DNA from: a virus
Taxonomy: Duplodnaviria > Caudoviricetes
Virus record (IMG/VR): IMGVR_UViG_3300032254_000261
Coordinates: 1-30,544 of that record
Reading direction: 5' to 3' (one strand)
Length of the DNA: 30,544 bases
Below the pieces are notes generated by a model that ran no database searches, had not been told where the DNA came from, and saw only the letters and a program-made list of their open reading frames with translations. Every line of letters starts with the position of its first letter. Position 1 is the stretch's first letter. A program made the position numbers and the translations under genes. This document shows positions 15,786 to 25,006 of this stretch, piece by piece.

Positions 15786-16336
15786 GCGCAGAAATCCTAG
15801 CACGATTAAACCCGAAAACATCCAATATGGATCAGGTCGGCATCAGCACTGCCGAAGGACTAAGCCAGACAGATATCGCGGCGACACTTGCAAGGTTGCC
15901 CAAAGGCCCTGAGCTTATGGGGTGGTTGGTTGCCTATCCTGATAGCCAAAAACAACGCACCGAGCTGAAGCTGTATATGCTACAAAAAATAACGGACATG
16001 GTTATCAAGGGTAACTGGGGATGTCCTGAGCCATTGTTTTACACAAATATGGCAATAATGGCGATTAGCGAGGTGATATCAACGCGAATATGCCAAACGT
16101 GCAATGGTCGCGGTGAAGTACGACGGCTTGAGCTGAAGGTGGTTTGCCATAAATGCGAAGGCACCGGGAAAGAAGTTGTCACACAAAGGCATCGATATGA
16201 GGTGTTAGGGATAAGCCGGGTTGCCTGGGCAATTTGGAAAGAAAGATATGAGTCCGTGTATAGGATGGTGCGAGGGTGGGACAGTCATATGAAGTCGCAT
16301 GTTCGTGAGAAGTTACAAAAACATGCCGGTGCTTGA
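15782..16336 (+). CDS. Q: Late antiterminator, lambda Q family
   Basis: LSQTDIAATL, CQTCNGRG...CHKCEGTG zinc finger; followed by promoter-like sequence and terminator. Confidence 0.85.
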   Translation: MSAEILARLNPKTSNMDQVGISTAEGLSQTDIAATLARLPKGPELMGWLVAYPDSQKQRTELKLYMLQKITDMVIKGNWGCPEPLFYTNMAIMAISEVISTRICQTCNGRGEVRRLELKVVCHKCEGTGKEVVTQRHRYEVLGISRVAWAIWKERYESVYRMVRGWDSHMKSHVREKLQKHAGA

Positions 16337-16363
16337 CAGCTTTACATTTTATTATGATAAGCT
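16333..16363 (+). promoter_or_regulatory. pR' late promoter candidate
   Basis: TTGACA 16333-16338; -10-like TATGAT (16353) and TAAGCT (16358), neither at an ideal 17-bp spacing. Confidence 0.45.
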
Positions 16364-16400
16364 GATTTTCGTAGAGTCGATAAATCTCAAAACAGCACAG

Positions 16401-16424
16401 AACCCGCTTAATTGCGGGTTTTTT
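16401..16424 (+). terminator. tR'-like terminator
   Basis: AACCCGC-TTAATT-GCGGGTT-TTTT. Confidence 0.8.
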
Positions 16425-16442
16425 GCGTTCAGAGGGCAATAA

Positions 16443-16910
16443 ATGCGCATTGAAAAATCGATTGTTGCAGTGCTGAAGGGCGTTGTAAGTCCAAGTCCCG
16501 GCGAAGGGTTGTTATGTTTTCGTGTTATTTGTCAGGCCGTACTGGATTCCATGAGTAAGAATGGGCGAGATAGGCAATCTGCGCAGCGTTATTTAACGTC
16601 AGAACGCTTTAATCAGCACGCAAAAGCCATTGATCTGGATACTCGGTTTGCGAAAAACATATTCAGTGAACATTTGCCTTGGTATGGACCGGTAATGCTG
16701 CGCAATATACACAGTTGGTCGCAAGAGATTAGCGAGTCTGCGGAATATCTTAACGACGTATCCAGCGAAAGGCGCGATTCAATATCTAATTCTGAATTGG
16801 TGGTAGACATCTCTGAGCTTAGCGGTAAAGCGGCAAGTTTGGCCGGATGGGGTACAAATTATCCTATTACCGAGATAGCTGGTTCTGAATGGAAGCCGGG
16901 AAGGCTGTGA
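16443..16910 (+). CDS. Hypothetical protein, first late gene
   Basis: GAGG SD; VICQAVLD...AQRYL.S..F pattern; function unknown. Confidence 0.6.
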   Translation: MRIEKSIVAVLKGVVSPSPGEGLLCFRVICQAVLDSMSKNGRDRQSAQRYLTSERFNQHAKAIDLDTRFAKNIFSEHLPWYGPVMLRNIHSWSQEISESAEYLNDVSSERRDSISNSELVVDISELSGKAASLAGWGTNYPITEIAGSEWKPGRL

Positions 16911-16913
16911 CGT

Positions 16914-17423
16914 ATGGCTGTAAAGAAGAAAGCCGCAACCAAGAACAAAGCTGCGCCTAAGAAAAAGGCTACTAAAGTAGCGGTAAATAGTAGCCTATCT
17001 AAAGCAGGAAAGAAGGGCGCGCCAGACAAGGGAGAGCGTCGAGGTGGACGCCAGAAAGGCACGCCAAACAAGAAGACTCAGGTTGTTGTTGAGACTCTTG
17101 AGAATAAAGGCTGTGATCCAGTTGCAATGTTGGCCGATATTGCAATGGGAAAATCTAAATGTGCGTCATGTAATGGGAAAGGCAAGTTCAAACTTAAAGG
17201 TTCATCGAAAACTGAAATCTGCCCGGCGTGCAAAGGTATTGGCGCTGATATTGTCACAATAGACACTAAGGTAACTGTGCTGAAAGAGCTGGCCCAGTAT
17301 GTGGCGCCGAAGCGTAAGGCCATCGAGCACACTGGCAAGGATGATGGAGATTTAAACCTTGGGCCAAAACGCACATTAGCTCGGCTTGTGAAAGATCATG
17401 ATACCGCTCCGGGTGGCGTTTGA
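16914..17423 (+). CDS. terS: Terminase small subunit candidate with zinc-finger insert
   Basis: GERRGGRQKGTPNKKT, ELAQYVAPKRKAIEHTGKD; immediately upstream of terL. Confidence 0.7.
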   Translation: MAVKKKAATKNKAAPKKKATKVAVNSSLSKAGKKGAPDKGERRGGRQKGTPNKKTQVVVETLENKGCDPVAMLADIAMGKSKCASCNGKGKFKLKGSSKTEICPACKGIGADIVTIDTKVTVLKELAQYVAPKRKAIEHTGKDDGDLNLGPKRTLARLVKDHDTAPGGV

Positions 17424-18958
17424 CCGATTTAGCAGAGCAAGACGCGCTTGACAGGAATTTAACCAGTCGCGAGTGGCGCCTCAGTAACCTTTACTGGATC
17501 CAGGACGAAAAAGGCAAGAAGGTAATCTTCACGCCTAATACTGTTCAACGTCAATTCGATCGCTTTATGTGGTGGTTGAATATTGTTTTAAAGAGTAGGC
17601 AGCACGGCATAACAACATTTGCTTGTATTCGCGGTCTGGATATGGCGATTTTCAAAGCCGGATCGCGTATCGGTATTGTTGCTCACACTAGAGAAGATGC
17701 TGGAAAGTTTTTCCGGGATAAGGTTTTGTATGCCTATGACAGACTTGATCCATACGTTAAGAGTTTGGCGGGTATTGTCCGTAGGGACATGAATGGCACG
17801 CTTGAGCTTGATAACGGCTCAATCATCGAAGTGTCCGTGTCGCATCGAGGTGGAACATTTCAATATTTACATATTTCTGAGTATGGTCCGATGTGTGCAC
17901 TGTACCCACAGCGAGCAGCTGAGGTTAAAGCTGGCGCTCTGAATACGGTTCATGAGGGCGGAATTGTTACCGTTGAATCTACGGCGTATGGCCGTGAAGG
18001 TGATTTTTTCGACCGATCGCAGCGGGCAATGAAGCTTGACCAGATGGTAACGGCTGGAAAATCTGAGCTTACACGCATGGATTACCGTTTTTTCTTTTTC
18101 GCTTGGTATCACGATCCAAAGAATACGCTGAGTGCACATGATGCAAGGCTGGTTACTATTACAGCCAAGATGAAAGAATATCTTGACGGCATCGAGGAAC
18201 GGATGGATGTAACGCTGACACCTGGGCAGCGCGCATGGTATACCAAAAAGGATGAGGATCAGGGCGACAAAATGAATCAGGAACACCCTTCAACCCCTGA
18301 AGAAGCGTTTGCAGCCAGTCGCGAAGGCTCGTATTACTCCAAAGAGCTGTCCAAAACACGGAAAGAAGGCCGGGTGTGCAATGTTCCGATTGTCCCAAGC
18401 GTGCTGGTTAATACTTTTTGGGATCTTGGGCGCAACGATGCGAATGCTATCTGGTTACACCAGCGTGTTGGGATTGAAAATAGATTTATTGGCTATTACG
18501 AAAACTCAGGTAGAGATTTAAGCCACTACGCAAAATGGCTTTTAGATTACAAAAATGAGCACGACATCGTTTTTGGTGAACATTACCTTCCTCATGATGT
18601 TGAGGTTACTGAGTTGTGCCAAGTTGATGATAAGTCTCGCCAGGATGTGCTTGAAGACCTTGGCGTTAAACCGATCATTAAGGTGCCACGCATCGAGGTT
18701 CTTGCTGAAGGTATTGATGCTGTTCGTCGGGTATTTCCGACATGCTGGTTTGATACTGAAGCATGCGAGTTAGGGCTTAAGCGACTTGAGCAATACCAAA
18801 AGAAATGGAATACCCAAGTTCAATCATATCAAGATTCGCCTGTTAAGAATGATGCAAGGAATGGTGCGGATGCTTTTAGGCAATTCGCGCAAGGTTACGA
18901 TGAACCGATCAGGATAAAGCCGAAACGTGCTAATCGACGAGGCTGGAAAACAAGTTAA
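17420..18958 (+). CDS. terL: Terminase large subunit
   Basis: Walker A LKSRQHGITT, Walker B YLHISE, EST coupling motif, nuclease WDLG..D and GADAFR. Confidence 0.93.
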   Translation: MTDLAEQDALDRNLTSREWRLSNLYWIQDEKGKKVIFTPNTVQRQFDRFMWWLNIVLKSRQHGITTFACIRGLDMAIFKAGSRIGIVAHTREDAGKFFRDKVLYAYDRLDPYVKSLAGIVRRDMNGTLELDNGSIIEVSVSHRGGTFQYLHISEYGPMCALYPQRAAEVKAGALNTVHEGGIVTVESTAYGREGDFFDRSQRAMKLDQMVTAGKSELTRMDYRFFFFAWYHDPKNTLSAHDARLVTITAKMKEYLDGIEERMDVTLTPGQRAWYTKKDEDQGDKMNQEHPSTPEEAFAASREGSYYSKELSKTRKEGRVCNVPIVPSVLVNTFWDLGRNDANAIWLHQRVGIENRFIGYYENSGRDLSHYAKWLLDYKNEHDIVFGEHYLPHDVEVTELCQVDDKSRQDVLEDLGVKPIIKVPRIEVLAEGIDAVRRVFPTCWFDTEACELGLKRLEQYQKKWNTQVQSYQDSPVKNDARNGADAFRQFAQGYDEPIRIKPKRANRRGWKTS

Positions 18959-18964
18959 TTAATG

Positions 18965-19013
18965 AGCCGGCAATACGCCGGTTTTTTTATGCCCGCCACT
19001 GAGCGGGCTTTTT
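18965..19013 (+). terminator. Tandem intrinsic terminators
   Basis: CCGGC-AATAC-GCCGG-T7 and GCCCGC-CACTGA-GCGGGC-T5. Confidence 0.75.
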
Positions 19014-19028
19014 ATTGGGAGTTATTTG

Positions 19029-19436
19029 ATGGGTTCAATGGCAGCGCCAAAGACAAATAACGGCATTCATTCGTTCTATCAGCATATACAGACTGATAAG
19101 AATGATCCGGACAGTGCTGAGCCAGCGTTGATACTTGCGCGCAGGTCGTTCGGCAAAGGCTGTGCGTTTGTTATTTGCTTGTCTGGGTTACATCGATACA
19201 CCGACGACCATTTTCTTATGCACCAGGCGCAGCTTGCAGCCAAGGTGCTTGGTCTTGATTCTAATTCAAAGTTCGATGTCATGCCTATTGCTGACATGAT
19301 TATTAATGGCATCGACGGCTTGGTGAATATGCCTCCTGAAGCACTTGAGCAAATGGAAATCCGAGCGCGGCGCCATAGTGGTGGCGGCAGTGCGGTTATC
19401 GGAATTAATGGCAAGAGTTTTGAGGTCGCGCACTGA
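19029..19436 (+). CDS. Hypothetical protein preceding the portal
   Basis: GGGAG SD; stop overlaps the portal start. Confidence 0.65.
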   Translation: MGSMAAPKTNNGIHSFYQHIQTDKNDPDSAEPALILARRSFGKGCAFVICLSGLHRYTDDHFLMHQAQLAAKVLGLDSNSKFDVMPIADMIINGIDGLVNMPPEALEQMEIRARRHSGGGSAVIGINGKSFEVAH

Positions 19437-21595
19437 TGTCTTTCGAGAATATCCAGACAAAGCGCGAGCACGACCCGCTTGATGCCTATGATGATGGAAA
19501 AGAGTCTGAAGAGCCAAATGCACATGATCTGGATTCATTTAAAAACAAAGAGCGGTTAAATCAGCTTGAGGATTGGCTGGAACAGGCCCGAATTGTTCAA
19601 TCATCGAACCGCATTGAAATGGCGATCGATGAAGATTACTACGATAACCTGCAGTGGGATGATTCAGATAAGGCAGAGCTTGAAAGTCGTGGTCAGGCGC
19701 CATTGGTGTTTAATGAAATCAAGCCAGCGATTAACTGGATCTTAGGCACTGAGAAGCGTACCCGAATCGATGGGGCTATTCTTCCCCGCACTGAAGACGA
19801 TGTTAAGGCAGCTCAGACTAAAACAAAGCTAGTTAAGTATCTGTCGGATGTTAATAAGACAAAGTTTGCCCGGTCCAGAGCTTTTGCTGACGCAGTTAAG
19901 GCAGGGCTTGGCTGGATTGAGGATGGTATTCGCGACGATGGCGAAAGCGAGCCGTTATTTGACCGGTACGAGAATTGGCGCAACGTTTGGTATGATCATT
20001 TAGGCGTTGAGCGTGACCTGTCCGATAGTCGTTTTCTGTTTAGGCAGAAATGGCTTGATCTGGATATTGCGGAGGCGATGTTCCCGGATCGTACAGCAAT
20101 ACTGGAAGCTGCAAGCGTTGGCAGTAATTTAGTACCGACTGATGACGATGAGTTTTTCTATGAATCGTCCCTGTACTACGAAACTGACAGTCAGGGCCGA
20201 CCAATTAGCCGCACGTCGACTGTCGATGACATCAATTCGCTGGTTAATAACCGTCGATCACGGGTAAAACTGTATGAAGGCTGGTATCGCATGCCATGCC
20301 CCTGCAAGGTCGTTCGCCTGGACTACGAAGATCTTGGCCAGGACTATGATGATATCAACGGCCAAGAGTACGATAAAGAACACGAATTTATGAAGTCGGC
20401 CATCGATGATGGTTATGCAAGTGTTTATGACGCAGTGAAAATGAAAATGTTTTGCGCGATCTTTGTTAAAGGATCGTTACTGCAAAACATGGAATCACCG
20501 TATAAGCATAACCGTTTTCCTTTTACGCCTGTCTGGGCATATCGCCGGGCAAGGGATAATGCGCCGTATGGTGTTATCCGGCCATGCCGTGACCCTCAAG
20601 ATGATTTAAACAAGCGGCGCTCAAAAGCTCTTTTCATTCTAAGCACCAATCAGGTGGTTATGGAAAAGGGTGCGGTTGAGGATAAAGAGCAGCTGCGCGA
20701 AGAGGCTGCTGACCCTGCTGGCATTCTTGAATATAAGAAAGGTTATAAGTTTGACATAAGAAATGATAAAGCTCTCGCAGAAGAGCACGTCATGCTTAGT
20801 GCGCAAGATGGTGAGTATATCCGTTCTGTTTCAGGCGTCACTGCTGAAAATCTTGGGCAAGAAACCAATGCGTCCAGCGGCAAGGCTATTAATGCCAGGG
20901 CAAATCAGGGCAGCGTCGTAACGGCAGAATTGTTTGATAACCTCCGCTTCGCTACGCAGCTTTCTGGTGAAATAAAACTTAACTTGATAGAGCAATTTTA
21001 TACCAAGCGGAAGGTTATCCGTCTTACCGGCGATCGTGGCGAGCTTGATTTTGTCAATGTAAATAGCCCAGACGAACCGGAAAGCGATATCACCAAATCT
21101 CAGGCTGATTATATTGTCAGTGAGCAGGATTATCGTGAGTCTATTCGTGTCGCAATGTTTGAGCAGTTATCCGACATGGTTGGAAAGCTTGCCCAGACAA
21201 TGCCTGAAGTCGCGTTGAAGCTGCTTGACCTTGTTGTTGATATGAGCGACGTGGAAGGTAAGGACGAAATGGTTAAGCGTATCCGTGAAATTAACGGTAT
21301 GTCTGACCCTGATGCTGGCAATGATCCTGAAAAGAAAGCTGAGCTTGAGCAGAAGAAAAAAGCTGAGCAAGAAGCTGCCGAGAAAGAGCAGGCGCTACAG
21401 GATGAGCAGGTTCGCCTTGCTCTGGACGAGCAGGATGCAAAAACACGCAAAACAAATGCAGAGACAGATAAAACGAAAGTGGAAACGTATGGCGCGGCTG
21501 TTGATGCTGCATACCAAGTTGCCGCAGTTCCGGAAATCGGGGCTGTTGTAGACACTTTGATTGATTCAGCAACAAGTGAAGAAGGGGAAATGTAA
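19436..21595 (+). CDS. Portal protein (P22-like)
   Basis: DYYDNLQW...RGQAPLVFNEIKPAINWILG, PYGVIR..RDPQDDLNKRRS, SGKAI.AR; C-terminal coiled coil. Confidence 0.9.
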   Translation: MSFENIQTKREHDPLDAYDDGKESEEPNAHDLDSFKNKERLNQLEDWLEQARIVQSSNRIEMAIDEDYYDNLQWDDSDKAELESRGQAPLVFNEIKPAINWILGTEKRTRIDGAILPRTEDDVKAAQTKTKLVKYLSDVNKTKFARSRAFADAVKAGLGWIEDGIRDDGESEPLFDRYENWRNVWYDHLGVERDLSDSRFLFRQKWLDLDIAEAMFPDRTAILEAASVGSNLVPTDDDEFFYESSLYYETDSQGRPISRTSTVDDINSLVNNRRSRVKLYEGWYRMPCPCKVVRLDYEDLGQDYDDINGQEYDKEHEFMKSAIDDGYASVYDAVKMKMFCAIFVKGSLLQNMESPYKHNRFPFTPVWAYRRARDNAPYGVIRPCRDPQDDLNKRRSKALFILSTNQVVMEKGAVEDKEQLREEAADPAGILEYKKGYKFDIRNDKALAEEHVMLSAQDGEYIRSVSGVTAENLGQETNASSGKAINARANQGSVVTAELFDNLRFATQLSGEIKLNLIEQFYTKRKVIRLTGDRGELDFVNVNSPDEPESDITKSQADYIVSEQDYRESIRVAMFEQLSDMVGKLAQTMPEVALKLLDLVVDMSDVEGKDEMVKRIREINGMSDPDAGNDPEKKAELEQKKKAEQEAAEKEQALQDEQVRLALDEQDAKTRKTNAETDKTKVETYGAAVDAAYQVAAVPEIGAVVDTLIDSATSEEGEM

Positions 21596-22545
21596 TGTCT
21601 GTTATTACCGATAATGATAAAGAAGGTTTAACCGAAGAAGAATTAGCCGCAATCAATGACGACGAAGAGGTTAACGTCATTGAAGAAGAAAGCAATGAAT
21701 TGTCTGAAGATGACAAGGTTGGTGATGACAATTCTGATGGTGGCGAGTCTGGCGAAGTCGCTAACAGCGACGATGACAATGCCAACAATGATGACGCTGA
21801 TATTGGCGGTGAAGACGCCAAGGGTGCCGACGCCGATGTTAATGCTGATGCCGGTACTGATGATAATAATGCTCAGGATGCCGAGGAAGCGAGTAAGGCG
21901 CCAGACTTTACGCCAAAGCTAAATACTAGCAAGCCTGAAGATGTTGATGCTCAAATAACCAGTATTGACGAGCAAATCAAAGCGGTTGGCGACGAGCTGA
22001 CCGAGGGCGATCTTGAGCTTAATGAATACCATGACAAGTTGGCTGCGCTCAATAATCAGCGTAGTGATCTGAATATCCTCAAAAAGCAGGCTGAGTTTGC
22101 AGAACAAAGCAACGCAGACATTGCCGAGCAACGCTGGACTTGGGAGCAGGATCAATTTTTTAACACTAACAGTCATTATAAAGCCTCGTCCGCTAAGTAT
22201 GCGGCATTCGGTCAGATTGTGGCTGACGTGTTATCGAATGGTGAGTTTGCAAACAAAGACGGGCTTTCTGTATTGAGTGAAGCAGACAAACGTTATAAAG
22301 CAGAGTTTGCGGCGCCGTCCCTTAAAGATGGCGATATTATTGATAATGGCGAACCTATCAAACCCAATAAAGACAAAAAGGTTGTTGAGATACCTAAAAC
22401 CTTGGGTGGATTGCCAGCAGCAGATACCAGTGGCGTTGATAGCGGTGGTGAATTCGCAGCTATCGACAAGCTAGAAGGGATGGAGCTCGAAGAAGCTATT
22501 TCGAGAATGAGCCCCGATCAAGCAGAACGGTACGCTGCAGGATAA
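21595..22545 (+). CDS. Acidic scaffolding-like protein
   Basis: Highly acidic, coiled-coil, between portal and capsid. Confidence 0.65.
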   Translation: MSVITDNDKEGLTEEELAAINDDEEVNVIEEESNELSEDDKVGDDNSDGGESGEVANSDDDNANNDDADIGGEDAKGADADVNADAGTDDNNAQDAEEASKAPDFTPKLNTSKPEDVDAQITSIDEQIKAVGDELTEGDLELNEYHDKLAALNNQRSDLNILKKQAEFAEQSNADIAEQRWTWEQDQFFNTNSHYKASSAKYAAFGQIVADVLSNGEFANKDGLSVLSEADKRYKAEFAAPSLKDGDIIDNGEPIKPNKDKKVVEIPKTLGGLPAADTSGVDSGGEFAAIDKLEGMELEEAISRMSPDQAERYAAG

Positions 22546-22548
22546 TCA

Positions 22549-22734
22549 ATGGCTTTATTCGTTCAAATGGAGATGGGTGATGTCCTGGATATTGATAAGG
22601 GCAAAGTTCAGGTGACATTCCAAGAAAAAAGCGGTAGACGCGCCACTGTGCGCGTTGACGCCGACCCATCCATTCAGGTCAATCAGCTCAAGGGAGGATC
22701 TTCACAGATCAAGCGTAAGCTGAACAAATTGTAA
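22549..22734 (+). CDS. CsrA-fold small protein
   Basis: Aligns by eye with CsrA over ~45 aa (L......G..L.I...V.VT.....G......V.A.....V). Confidence 0.6.
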   Translation: MALFVQMEMGDVLDIDKGKVQVTFQEKSGRRATVRVDADPSIQVNQLKGGSSQIKRKLNKL

Positions 22735-22742
22735 TTTAGATA

Positions 22743-22824
22743 TGACAGCGCATGAGTGCTGTCACAAATTAAGGCGCATGAGTGCCGCACCAATGTTAAT
22801 TAACTAAAGAGGTGTGCACTCATG
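22743..22824 (+). promoter_or_regulatory. Tandem hairpins and RBS-sequestering switch in the capsid leader
   Basis: GCGCATGAGTGC at 22748 and 22774, each in a hairpin with an AUGA loop; complement GCACTCATG spans the start codon. Confidence 0.7.
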
Positions 22825-23928
22825 GCACGTACAATTGTAGGTTTAAACGACGCGAAGGCGGTTAAGAAGTATTCCGCTTTCCTGGCTGTTGATACAGCTA
22901 AAATTTCATACTTCAACAAGAAGTTTATGGGTAAGGGCCCAGAAGCTTCAACACCGATTCAGATGCTTCCACATCTTGAAAATGATGCGGGTGAGCAGAT
23001 CACTTACGATCTGTCCGTTCAGCTCAAGATGCAGCCGGTCGAGGGTGATGATGTCCTTGAGGGTCAGGAAGAAGATCTGAAGTTTTACAGTGATCAGGTC
23101 TACATCGACCAGATGCGTGGTGGCGTGAACACTGGCGGCAAGATGACGCGCAAGCGCACGATCCATGATCTGCGTAAGGTCGCTCGCAAGCGTCAGGCTG
23201 AATGGTGGAGTCGTATTTTCGATGAGTTGTTCTTCATGTACCTGTCTGGTGCGCGTGGTATCAATACCGATTACACGTTCCCGACATCGTATTCAGGATT
23301 TGCCAATAACTCACTGAGTGCGCCTGATACTGCCCATTTAATGTATGGCGGTAACGCAACCAGCAAGGCTTCTCTTGATGCTACTGACAAGATGAGCGTT
23401 AATCTCATTGAGCGAGCGGCAACCAAAGCAACAATGATCGGTGGTGGGACTCAGGAAACGCCACAGCTTCAGCCTATTATGATTGATGGTGAGGAGCATT
23501 TTGTTCTTCTCATGAATCCATTTCAGGCGTTTGATCTGCGTACTGCGACTGGATCTGCTGATTGGCTGGAAATCCAGAAAGCTGCTGCAACCGCAGAAGG
23601 CCGGAAGAGTCCGATCTTCCGTGGCTCACTCGGCATGCACGACAATGTTGTTCTGCACAAGCACAAGAGCGCTATTCGCTTTAGTGACTACGGTGCCGGC
23701 AGCAATGTTGCGGCTGGTCGTGCCCTGTTCATGGGGGCTCAGTCTGCGGTATGTGCTTTTGGTTCGCCTGGTACTGGTCTGCGTTTTGACTGGCATGAAG
23801 AGGCGCGCGATAACGGCAACCAAGCTGTTATTACGACCGGTTCTATTTTCGGCGTGAAAAAGTCTACCTTCAACAGCAAGGATTTCGGTCTGATTGCTAT
23901 TGATACGGCTGCTGCTGATCCAGGTTAA
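22822..23928 (+). CDS. Major capsid protein, N4-gp56/DUF4043 family
   Basis: LENDAGEQITYDL...GDDVLEGQEEDL.FYSD.VYIDQMR..V..GGKMTRKRT.HDLR; GVKKSTFN.KDFG. Confidence 0.88.
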   Translation: MARTIVGLNDAKAVKKYSAFLAVDTAKISYFNKKFMGKGPEASTPIQMLPHLENDAGEQITYDLSVQLKMQPVEGDDVLEGQEEDLKFYSDQVYIDQMRGGVNTGGKMTRKRTIHDLRKVARKRQAEWWSRIFDELFFMYLSGARGINTDYTFPTSYSGFANNSLSAPDTAHLMYGGNATSKASLDATDKMSVNLIERAATKATMIGGGTQETPQLQPIMIDGEEHFVLLMNPFQAFDLRTATGSADWLEIQKAAATAEGRKSPIFRGSLGMHDNVVLHKHKSAIRFSDYGAGSNVAAGRALFMGAQSAVCAFGSPGTGLRFDWHEEARDNGNQAVITTGSIFGVKKSTFNSKDFGLIAIDTAAADPG

Positions 23929-23948
23929 CCCGGCAAGGTGATGAATTG

Positions 23949-23977
23949 AGGGACGCTTCGGCGTCCCTTATTTGTTT
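23949..23977 (+). terminator. Terminator after the capsid gene
   Basis: AGGGACGC-TTCG-GCGTCCCT then T-rich. Confidence 0.75.
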
Positions 23978-24014
23978 CTAGCTATTCATTTATATTTTAC
24001 GAGGTAATTAACTC

Positions 24015-24473
24015 ATGGCTACATATAAAAGTAAGGCGGTTCAGTCATACCGCCCAGCTATTAATTCCTGTCAGGCAGGAGAAGTAAGAACTGTTCGCGG
24101 CGAGATTGATCTTGCGGCTGACGTTGGTGGGGCTTTAGCCCTTAATGACATCCTTGAAATGGTCAAACTGCCGGCAGAGCATGTGCCGGTCGACTGCATC
24201 ATCGATTCTGACGACCTTGACTCAAACGGCACTCCATTGATCTCACTGACTGGTGGCTTAACTGCTGGCACCGTCGCTGAGTTAGTGGCGGCTAATACGG
24301 TTGCTCGGGCTGGTGGTGTTGCTCGTATGGATGCTGTAGCAGGTATTCGCTTGGCGGCTACGGCTGCTGATCGAGTTGTCGGTCTGAAGGTAACAGCGGC
24401 TCCGGCCACTGGGGCTATCACCGGAAAGGTCGGCTTTACGCTGAGCTACCGCGCTGCCGGTTACGACGATTAA
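24015..24473 (+). CDS. Capsid decoration/cement protein candidate
   Basis: Beta-rich, Ala/Gly-rich, directly after the capsid gene. Confidence 0.55.
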   Translation: MATYKSKAVQSYRPAINSCQAGEVRTVRGEIDLAADVGGALALNDILEMVKLPAEHVPVDCIIDSDDLDSNGTPLISLTGGLTAGTVAELVAANTVARAGGVARMDAVAGIRLAATAADRVVGLKVTAAPATGAITGKVGFTLSYRAAGYDD

Positions 24474-24486
24474 GTTGTAACCAAAC

Positions 24487-24524
24487 AATAAAGGGTCGTT
24501 ACATGGCGTCCCTTTATTTCTTTT
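24487..24524 (+). terminator. Terminator candidate
   Basis: AATAAAGGG...CCCTTTATT stem then T-rich. Confidence 0.55.
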
Positions 24525-24541
24525 AACGAAGGAGAATAACA

Positions 24542-25006
24542 ATGTTAATCCAATGCACTATTGAGCGGGTGAATGGCACGTCCGTCACCATAGGGAAGGG
24601 TAAGTCAGCCCGAAACTATCACTTCACGCCAGATAAAGACGGTATGCACGTCTGCGAAGTTAAGGACAAAAATGATATTGCTCGTTTTCTGAGTATCAAA
24701 GAATCGTATTGCATTCCTGGCGCCGAGCCAGAGCCGGAAGACGAAGATAACGAAAATAATAATGAAAGCCCTGAAGGCAGTGACGATGACGGCTTCGATG
24801 AAAAGCCACTTGATAAATGGACTGATGCTGAGCTTTCAGCGCATGCGGTTACTACTTTTGGCATTAACGATGCGGACGACAAAGATGAACTAGTGGAGTT
24901 TGCATGCGAAATGTTGAACCTCGATAGCCTCAAAAAGACAATGAAGGCGCCAACAATGATTCGCACAATGATCGAGTCTGCTAACGATCAAGGTCTTTAT
25001 CAGTAA
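24542..25006 (+). CDS. Hypothetical virion-module protein
   Basis: AAGGAG SD; acidic linker. Confidence 0.65.
   Translation: MLIQCTIERVNGTSVTIGKGKSARNYHFTPDKDGMHVCEVKDKNDIARFLSIKESYCIPGAEPEPEDEDNENNNESPEGSDDDGFDEKPLDKWTDAELSAHAVTTFGINDADDKDELVEFACEMLNLDSLKKTMKAPTMIRTMIESANDQGLYQ

Noticed and set aside
21130-21821. Antisense shadow ORFs (also 148-514, 4357-5629, 15251-15763, 17078-18398, 24071-24966)
   Set aside because: Opposite well-supported genes, low-complexity translations, no motifs.
22743-22786. Mini-CRISPR array
   Set aside because: Only two 12-bp repeats 14 bp apart, no cas genes; better explained as leader hairpins.
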